The notes under the pieces were generated by a model. The model worked only from the letters and a program-made list of their open reading frames with translations, did no database searches and was not told the origin of the DNA. Made by a program: the position numbers and the translations under genes. Source: Cycas panzhihuaensis (lineage: Eukaryota; Plantae; Cycadophyta). Taken from it: a stretch of DNA of 64,000 nucleotides. Below are positions 54,439-64,000 of the stretch, in pieces; the first letter of the stretch is position 1; every line of letters starts with the position of its first letter. Where the stretch lies: positions 129,525,741 to 129,589,740 of the forward strand of contig CM041465.1 in NCBI GenBank assembly GCA_023213395.1, read 5' to 3'.

Positions 54439-57400
54439 ATGGAGTGCATTATACCCAAAGTTATCTTCAATGGTAATAATTTCAGCGAGTAGAAGGCCAA
54501 TATGGCGTTTATTTTGATGGTGAATCAACTTTGGGGTATCACCAAGGCAAAAGTGAATGTGATTCCATTAGACCATAAGGAGCAAATTCATCTCGAACAG
54601 AAGAAATTTATGGCCGTGGTACTGTTGAAACTGTCATTGGCACTGGACCAGAGAGCACCGGTTCACAATTTAGACGAACTGGATGAGATATGGATAAAAT
54701 TGTGTGATACATTTAAAAATAAGCAGACGAATAGGCATCTTACACTGATATTGGAGTTACTCAACTCGTGTGTGGAGGATGAGAACAACATCAGCTCCTA
54801 CCTTAACAAGATTATAGACTTAAAGAATAAGACAGAGGAACTGAAACCAAACTCAATCGATAATACATTATTATTCGCAATAATCATGTTAAAATAGTCG
54901 GTTACCTTCATCACATTCTAGACCATTTATGGTGGAGATGAAGTGATGGAAGTATAGACATTTAATAGGCTTAAAAACCTGATTCTAGTGGAGGATGCCA
55001 AGCTTAAACATCACATTATGCTTGGAGGTTCTGGTTCAAGTCAGGCCCTAGCCATGAAAACTCAAAGGAAGGAGGCCTATAAGGAGGAGAAGATCATACA
55101 AAGGTCAAGAGAAAGTTCATATAATAGAAAGAAGTTCAACGAGAAATGCAATTCTTGCAAGAAGGATGGTCACCGCGAGAAGAACTGCTGGTTCAAGCAT
55201 CGTGACAAGTGTAAAGTTAACTAGGATGATAAAGGGAAGAATGTCGCTACTCACTATGTCCAAGCAAAACCCTTATCGGTTGAATTAGATCAGAGAGATT
55301 ATTGGGTGCTGACTCTAGAGCACAGAAGCACATTTCTTACTAGAGGTAAAACTTTGATATGATGACTTCAAATTAGAGTGGTACTGAGATTGTCCTTGGT
55401 AATGCTCACATCTTGCCAGTAGAAGGTATCAGTGAAGTTTCCATTGTATGAGGTAAATTTATCAAGGTGTATTATATACCGAAGATGCAATTGAACCTTC
55501 TTTTAGCCTAAGAGATCTGCAAACAAGGTATGAAGGTGGAGCTCTATGATGATAAATGCCTAATTAAGGATCTGAAACAAAACTTTATTGTTATAGCTAC
55601 TGGGAAAGTTAGGGACAACTTCTGGGTATTTAAAAAGTTTCAATCTCACAAGAAGTCCTATGCCTTTATTGTCAGTGCAGATGATGTGAGTAAGTTATGG
55701 CACAACTACCTAGGTCACCTTAATTATAGGAGTATTACACTATTGAAGAGGTTGAAGATGGTGGAAGGATTAGCATTGATTACCTACTCAGATGGTGTGT
55801 GTGAAGGGTGTATGTATGGCAAACACCACTGCTACCCTTTTGCTCAGGATAATGCCTAGAGAGTTAAGGAGAAACTAGAGCTTGTACATTCAGACATAAT
55901 GGGTCATATTCCTAACCCTTTGATATCTGGAGCTTGTTATACTCTTGTATTTGTAGATGACTATACCAAGAAGACCTAGGTTTACTTTCTCAAGAACAAG
56001 TCAGATGTGTTTGATTGCTTTCGTGACTAGAAAGTGATGGTTGAAAATGAATGTGATAAGAAAATAAAGTCGTTAAGAAGTGATAATGGCAAGGAATACA
56101 ACAATCATGCATTCAAGCAGTTCTGCCACGATCATGGAATAAAGTAGGAGTTTACGGTCTCGTATACCCCATAACAGAATAGAGTTGCTGAAAGAAAAAA
56201 ATGTACCATGATGGAGATGGCAAGGTGTATGGTGCATGCTAAAAACCTGCCACCAAAGTTTTAGGCAGAAGCTATGGCAACTGCTATTTATATTTTGAAC
56301 CGGGTACCCACTCAAGCAATTCGCAGCATAACCCTCAAAGAAAAATGGGCCAGTCATAAGCCTGTCATTAGCCATTTAATAAGATTTGGGTGTATTGTGT
56401 ACACTCACATCCCCGATGATACCCGCAAGAAGCTAGATTAGAAGAGTCTAAAGTGCATATTCATGGGGTATAGCAGGGAGAACAAAGCCTACAGACTATG
56501 GGATCCACATGGGGAGAAAATTATGGTTAATTAGAATGCAAAATTTGATGAGACATTGATGTATCATGCTGACAGATCATCAGAAGAGCCTTTTTACCCC
56601 CTCCTTCTCCCATTCCCATATTCATTAAGCAAAGAGGACAAAAAGCCAATCGCTAAAACACCTGAGAAAGCAAGATCAAGTGTGACGAGTAATAATGAGG
56701 AGTCGATGTGAGTTGAAGTACCTCCAGTAATGGGTCCTTCGAGACCTTTATGGGCAAGGAAGACTCTAAAAGATTCTTATGTGGCGATGTAGACCTTAAC
56801 TGATGATCGAAGAACATGAAGTCAGCATGTCAATCAAACTATGCTGGTAGACACCAACTCTAGTGATACTGATTCATTCGATGAAGTGAAAGGAGACCTA
56901 AGATGGAGAGATACAATGGAGGAGGAGTACAGTTCTCTACTAAAGAACGATACATGGGATTTAGTTCTATTACCTATGACAAAGAATCTTGTAGGATGCA
57001 AGTGGGTCTACAAGATAAAGTTCTGCTCTGATCGAGAGGTGGGCAAGTTTAAGGCCAAACTTGTTACGCACAGATTCAAGCAGAAAGAACGAATTGACTA
57101 TGAGGAGACATTTGCACTAGTCTCTAGAATGACAACAATCCATTTGCTCATTTCCTTAGTAACAACTTACGATTAGGAGTTACATTAGATATACGTAAAG
57201 TCTGCATTCCTTAATGGAGATCTAAAGGAGGAGATATATATGTTGCAGCCTCTAAGATTTATTAAGGACGCTAGGAGAACCTTGTTTGCCATCTGAAGAA
57301 GTCAATCTATGGCCTAAAACAAGCACCATGTGCTTAGTATAAAAAGATAGATGTGAAGTTGAAACCTAAAGGTTTCAAGATTTCAGAACCCAACCTGAAT

Positions 57401-58375
57401 CTATATGTGAAGAGAAGAGGGACTTCAATAGTTGCTTATGTAGTGTATGTGGATGATTTGGTCATCAATGGTAACTGTGGAAAGGTTATTGCTAAAGTCA
57501 AATCTAATCTGGGAGCTTCATTTGACATGATAGACCTTGGGAGACTTCACTACTTCTTCAGTATTCAGGTTAGGCAGATGGATGACGGGATAGTATTGTT
57601 ATAGTTATAGTATATGAAAAACTTACTAAAGAAATTTGGAATACAAAATTACAAACCAGTTGCAACATCATGTGTAAAAGGTATAAAGTTGCAGAAGGAC
57701 ATGGCCAAGCCCTCTATAGATGGCATAAAGTATCACTAGTTGGTTGGGAGTCTGATCTATTTTACTCACACTTACCCTGATATTACATACATTGTTAGGT
57801 TGGTTTCCCACTACATGCAGAATCCTCAAGAGCCTCATTTGGTTGCTGCAAAGCAGATTCTAAAGTATTTGAAGGAGACAATCAATCTTAGTCTCTAATA
57901 TTGCTGAGGTGAAGAGATATAGTTGCATGGCTACATGGATGCTAATTGAGGAGGAGAATTCAACGATCAGAAGTCCATTATTGGATACCTATTTGGTGTT
58001 GGTAATGGATTTGTTTCATGGTAATGAAAGAAGCAATATACAATGGTGCTATCTTTTATAGAGGTAGAATATTAAGGACTCGGTGTGGGTGTAAAAGAAC
58101 CTATATGGTTGCAAAGTCTCTTAGAGTTTCAAATGGATAGCTGGTTATCTTTATTGATAATCAAAGTACTATTTACCTATTAAAGAATCAAGAGTTTCAT
58201 GGACGTATGAAGCATATTAAGATTCAACACCATTACATTCGTGAACAGATCAAATCAGGGAAGTTACAGGTTAACTACTATCTGGATGAATTTTAGCTTG
58301 CAGACGTATTCACCAAACCTCTCACTGAAGATCAATTCACAAACATGCATACCATACTTGGACTCACCAATGTTA
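54439..58375 (+). pseudogene. Element M gag-pol (gag, CCHC, PR, INT, RT, RNase H)
   Basis: CNSCKKDGHREKNC, LWHNYLGHLNY, CEGCMYGKH, LRSDNGKEY, VGCKWVYKIK, VYVDDLVI, KHIKIQHHYIRE. Confidence 0.95.
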
Positions 58376-59421
58376 TCCTTGAGGGGGAATGTATCGATAA
58401 GGATAAGAAGTTGCACGATAGTCTCAACCTTCGTGATAATATAATTGTTGTAATTAGAAGGCTCCCCGCATTCATATTAAGGGGGGATGTTAATGTGGCA
58501 GTTAATTACTAATCCACTTAATTAATGTTAATATGGTTTAATTAAGTGAAAAGATGTGAAGCTAAATAGATGCAACTTATTTAGAGAGTCACAACCATAA
58601 TTAAGTGACACCTCTTAGGAGAGTACAAATGCCTTGAGGCCTTATGTATTCAACGTTTAAGAATCATTATATCAATCCATTGTGAAATAATCAATGTGAT
58701 CCATCAAGGATCCTTTTATGGTGGGTTTTTTCCCGAAAGGGTTTTCCCCATGTAAATCTTGTGTACTGTGCATTTGTGTTTCTGTGTATATTTGTTTACT
58801 TTCTGTGTATGGTAAAAGATTCTGCAGTTGAGAACATTCGTATATGATTTCATGGTCTTGAGCAAATAGAAGAGAGACTCCTAATATAAACACTACAATA
58901 GTGGACAATTAAATAACATCATCGTAATCACCCAACACATAGAATTTCAAGTGAAACTAAAAGTTAAAACAAATGCAATTGACATTGAAGCAGGCATGAA
59001 ATTATTGCAGGTGGGTGCCATATGCAAACAAAATCCACATATGAGAATACTTTGGTTAAAATAATTTTATTTTTTTATAATGTTATAAATACATTAAGTT
59101 ATATATAATTTTGTTTTGAATTCTAAAACCTCTTTTTATTAGTTAGCCCCTTGGTCACATTAAATGATGAGTGTTAGGCAAGTTTCTAGCTTATTAAGAA
59201 GCCCATTATAAAAATAGAATTAATATTTCTTATGTTTTTTTTTTGTGTTCTATGCATTAAACATAGTTATATGTGTGGTTTTTGGCTCCCTACATGGTGA
59301 TTAATGAGTTTATGTATAATGTCGATACTCTAAATAACAACTAAAGACTAAATCTAGTGAGTGCATTATGTCAAGGCTTTTAACACCTCTTCTTCTTTTT
59401 TCAATTGTGCTACTTTTCGTA

Positions 59422-62100
59422 ATGTCGGGTGGAAGTCTATTTTCCCCTTTAGTCAAATTCATTGGTATTGAAAACTATAACACGTAAAAATATCAAAATG
59501 ATAAACTTGTTGTAGATGAATGGACTATGGCCATCAGTACAAGGGAAAGTATCAAAACTTAATGAATAGATTGCTATAACATTAGAAAAAGTAGAATATG
59601 AAGGCAATTTTAATTATGCATTAGGTCTAATAAGCATGTCTATTAATGGTTCTCCAGTAGAAAATGTAAAAACGACTTGGACACATAAAGAGGCATGAGA
59701 CTTAATTATTTTTGTCTTTGAAATAAAACATGATATAAGAATAATGATACTAGAGAATTAATTGTACAACTTAAAAATGGAAGGTTCTTTGATAAAACAT
59801 CTTTAGGTAGTTAAGAGTATAAGTAATCAATTGGAAAATATTAGAGAAGTCCTAAATGATAAAGACCTTATAGAAGTTATTCTTAAAAGTCTATTAAGCA
59901 AGTTTGATAATTTTGTAACAAGTTTTTATCTATCATATACGTCATGAAGAACTTCCTTTAATGAGCTAAAAGTATTACTTTTTCAACATGAGCAGGTTTT
60001 ATTGGATAGTATTGGAGAATCCTGAGGAGCATTCTCAACTAAATCAAAAGAAAGAAAGGTTATTAAGAAGCCTCAACAACAACCACCTCCTACTCAAAAA
60101 GACCAACAAAAGTTATGCTTTTATTATAAAAAAGTAGGCCATTTCAAAAAGAACTATAAGAAATGGCATGTTGATTAGAAAAAGAAGAAAGATCATGGAT
60201 ATCTTTTCAATGAATCATCCAGTTCATTTCATATTGGCAAAAAGCTTTTTTTGGTAACCATCCAAAGTAGTTTTAGAGATGCATGATATATTATTTCAAG
60301 GGCTTCCAAGCATATGACTAGTAGAGCTAATTGGTTCAGACATATGTAGGAAGCAATTGGTTATACTATTGCATTGGAAACAATGTAATGTTCAAAGTAA
60401 AGAGAATAAGACTAATCCCATTCATTACCTTTGATGGAGAAGATTATTACATTGAAAATATAATGTATGTGTTAGGTTTAAAACTAAATTTGATTTTAGT
60501 CAGCCAGATTAAGGATAATAAGATGAATATACCTTTTAAAGATGGAAAAGCCATTATTTATGACCAAGAAGGTAAAGTTATTGTAGAAGGTATAAACGAT
60601 GGTAGTTTGTATAGGCTTCTTAGTAAATCTATAAACCAAAAAGCCTTATCTGTTGATATATCTTGTAAATCTTAGTTATGGCATAAAAGAGTAGCCTATT
60701 TAGATTACTTCTATTTTTAGTTAATGAATAAATTGAGCATGGTGCATGGTCTTCTAAAGCTGAAAGCATCAAGATACATTTGTGATTCTTACATATATAA
60801 AAAATAATATAGAGAAAATATTTCTAAAGACAAGAGGGCATCTAAAAATCTAAGTCTTATGCATTTAAATATTTGTGGTCCTTTGCCAACCACTTCACTC
60901 GGAGATGTAGAATATCTTGTAACTTAAGGAGCTCAAAGCAAAAATGGAGAATGAAAGTGGACAAAGAATCAAGATATAAAGATTAGATAATAGGGGAGAA
61001 TTTACCTCTAATGCCTTTATTTAGTTTTGCAAGGACCATGATATATAACAACTAGCATCGGTATACTCTCCTCAATAATATAGTATAGTTAAAAGGATAA
61101 TTAAGATGTTGATTGAAAAGGCCAAGCTATTGGTAAAGGCAAAGTACCTCTTAGATATCTTCTGGGCAAAAGTAGTTTGCATAATAGCATACCTGACAAA
61201 TAAGAATATAATTAAAGTTTAAGGAACAAAATACCTAAAGAAGCATGGTCAAGTCATAAACCTATAGTTAATCATCTCAAAATCTTTGAAAGCATAATGT
61301 ATATTCATGTTCCTAAAGATAAACATTAGAAAGTTGATGATAAAAGGCTTGAAAGGCACCCTTGTTGGGTATAACAAAGAAAATAAAGTGTACCAAATAT
61401 ACGAGTTAACAACCAGAAAGGTTCATACAACTAGGGATGTTGTCATCCCCAAAGGGATGGCATATCGATAAGTAGTTTTGGAGTGGCTGTAGAACCCTAA
61501 GTTCGAGTTTGGAAGCCTTGTCGATGCAGTGGACTGGGGACCATCTGAGTGTATTTGCTGGCGGCTGCTATAGCAGGTGCACAGACGTTAAAGGGTTTAA
61601 CCCCCAGGAGCTCAGGGAGAGGATTAGTAGGGTGCATGTGTACCCGGGGGTGTGCCTTGGGAGGTAACCCTACACTATTGGGGTGTTTGGGCTCTGCGTG
61701 GGAGGGTCATTTCTGAGTGTGTGGGTGTGTTATGATACCTACTCCTATATAATAAAAAAAAACTAGGGATGTTGTCTTTTAAGAGAATGACAAATAGGTT
61801 ACAAATGTCATCTCCAAAGGGATTGATAAGTAGGTGATAGACCAAGATTAAGATCTAGATATTTAGAAGATTTAGAAAGATAAAGGAAAGAAGATTAAGG
61901 AACTACCTAATCTAGTTCTTCAAGTTAGCAGATTATCGAGCCAAAGACTTAGCCGAAGGAGGAAGAAATTGAAGAGGAGGAACTTAAAGATGTTCATGAA
62001 ACACAACAAAAAATGTAGCCTAAGGTCATTCCACTCATCAAATTTCCTAAATGGTACTTGAAGACCATTGAGTAAGCTCAATTGCCCAAGACGAAAGGGA
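59422..62100 (+). pseudogene. Element K gag, protease and integrase (decayed; ends without RT)
   Basis: KFIGIENYNT*K, CFYYKKVGHFKKNY, SRASKHMT, MYVLGLKLNLILVSQI, HLNICGPL, LDNRGEFTS, TTRDVVF. Confidence 0.88.
61445..61760 (+). mobile_element. tRNA-derived SINE (~316 bp)
   Basis: Perfect 16-bp TSD aactagggatgttgtc (61429-61444 and 61761-61776); A-box-like tggcatatcga at 61458, B-box-like gttcgagt at 61501; A-rich tail. Confidence 0.85.
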
Positions 62101-64000
62101 AAAAAGAAATAGAAATTAGGCTTAATTCTTTGCCAGTAGGCTAGTCTAATAAATTCAGTTGATCATGTGGATATTAAGGGGGAGTGTTAGAGGAGTTACT
62201 TAAGTTCTCAATGGACTTGTCACAAGTGTTAGGGCAGTTATGAGTCCAATTTTAGACCATTACTAAACCCATGTGTATATAATAGAGTACATTAAATTGG
62301 TAAGGTAGGAATTTAGAAGGAATAACATTGTGAGGTAGATAAATTCTACTTGTTTTTACTCCCATATTCTAGTATGTTTGATTCTCATTTCTTTGATCCT
62401 ACATTACTTTGATTCATATTCTTTAAGTTTCCTATTTGTACAAATTTATTGTTAATCATCTTATTAACCCCCACTTCCTTTGTTTCTTCTTGTGTTATGT
62501 AACCACATATACATGACCCTTATAATCAATTCTTCTTAAACCTCCTAAATTCACACTATGACTTTTCTTACAGAACCTCCATGTATTTCCAATACCTTTA
62601 ACCCCTTGAGTGATGTCATTTAAGGATAAAATAAATATTAACAAAATAAAATAATAACTAAGCATCGTTAACACTACACAGGTCCCAAGATTGCTCCTAT
62701 ATAAGACAAGATACAACATCTTCTTGGTTGCCAAAATAAGCATTAACAAGTATAGATTACTTATTAATAATCTCCAACAAAGGCATAAGTTTGGATCTAA
62801 TTTTTATGATATACAAGACCTAATATGTGATAGATTAAAGAATGATCGAAATAACACCCAACAACCCCACACTTAAACTACCTATACTTTGAGGGCAAAG
62901 TATTTTAAGAGGAGGGAAATTGTGTCTTTCCTAAACTATGAAGACGTCAGTTTTTAATAGAAATAAGGAAGTTAATATTTTAGGAGAATAGTCATTGCAT
63001 CCCTAAATTAGATGAAGTTGGTATTTTAAGGAGAGAGAATTAAAAGTTAGGTTTTAGAGAGATAGCAAGGCTATGAATAGAGGAGTCTTATTCATTTCTA
63101 AAACATCTTTAGAGGATTTGATATTTTAGATTTAGACTAATGGCCTAGAGGCATTAGGACACTATTGTACCATTTTAGGAGTAAACCCTCAACTCAAAGA
63201 GGGAAAGATACTACTGTTATTTTATTTGATATATACTCTTTACTATGACAAGTTTGATATTAATATGATATTATTAAGTGGTCTATTATTAGATTTAAAT
63301 TATTATTAATATTTGTTATTATTATTTATGATGAGATGTTGTTTTTATAAATTATCTATGGTGTGAATACTATCTTTTTTATCTATAAGTAGTGGGTATT
63401 ACCACAACGATTACAGCTATGTAGAATGTATCTTAAAGGCAAAAACCTCATCATGTAATTTATTATACACATGTTAGTGAAATGTGTCATTCCTCATTTA
63501 GTCATACGGATTTAAAAAAAGATATTTGTGAAGGGGGAAAAAAAGAAAAGAACATGAAAGGATTGAGGTTCAATCCCCATGAAGGGCATGTACTTATAAG
63601 TAATAAATCCTATTAAACATGAAGATGCCAAATATTTTCATGGATTTTAAACCTACAACTAGCCTTAATAAATATTAAATGCTTAATTGTTAATGTTTCC
63701 TAGTTGATAATAAGTGCTATTTATTATGAACTATATACAAGTAGCATGTTATAATTAAGTCCCCCAACAACCTTTCTCATGTAGTGCTCATATTAAGAGT
63801 TGTCCCTTTTCCCCTTCTCACCTGCCATGTAAAATCATCATTATGGTCTCATATGAAGTTCATATAAGTTGAGCACGACTAAATGCCTACTTTAAATAGT
63901 ACACACATAAATATCTATGGCTTAGATAATAAGTATTTGTTCAAACTTACATAGCACACTTAATGACATTCTTGTAATAGATAAGAGATATTTCTAGTAG

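Larger units (their letters stand above)
52375..58841 (+). mobile_element. Element M: full-length decayed Ty1/Copia (same family as B)
   Basis: LTRs 52375-52740 and 58488 to ~58841 (last ~10 bp missing, no TSD); PBS tggtatcagag at 52741; PPT attaagggggga at 58476. Confidence 0.93.
51116..62418 (+). mobile_element. Element K: Copia with gag-PR-INT but no RT/RNase H; host of M and the SINE
   Basis: LTRs 51116-51349 and 62185-62418 align; PBS tggtattatagt at 51353; PPT attaagggggag at 62173; no TSD found. Confidence 0.8.
48413..63406 (+). mobile_element. Element J: old non-autonomous LTR element (~3.7 kb net), host of K
   Basis: LTRs 48413-48879 and 62921-63406 align; PBS tggtattagagc at 48882; PPT aagaggagggaa at 62907; TSD weak (aagaa/acgat). 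Confidence 0.78.

Overview
AT-rich plant heterochromatin; the decay pattern and element types suggest a large-genome plant such as a gymnosperm (inference). No host gene was found. About 90% of the window resolves into nested retroelements, most with LTRs, PBS, PPT and target-site duplications (TSD) located by eye. A is a Copia (minus, 1-4900, running off the left edge). Copia B (7649-34045) contains non-autonomous element C (11075-25070) and Gypsy gag-protease element F (26954-33358). C contains L1a (11709-22015), which contains mini-element D and solo LTR E; F contains gag-only element G. Gag-only element H (34574-48135) contains a young full-length L1b (36531-42798) and gag-only element I. 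Element J (48413-63406) contains RT-less Copia K (51116-62418), which contains full Copia M and a tRNA-derived SINE. Most interesting: (1) decayed, unrecognised accessory ORFs lying between PBS and gag in several Copia-lineage elements, apparently homologous in pairs (K with H, A with C); (2) a 50-64 bp fixed-spacing DNA module in the leaders of six elements with unrelated LTRs; (3) an apparent Copia/chromovirus chimera (J); (4) an LTR element flanked by a ~33 bp duplication instead of a 5 bp TSD. All alignments and translations were done by eye and need computational confirmation.
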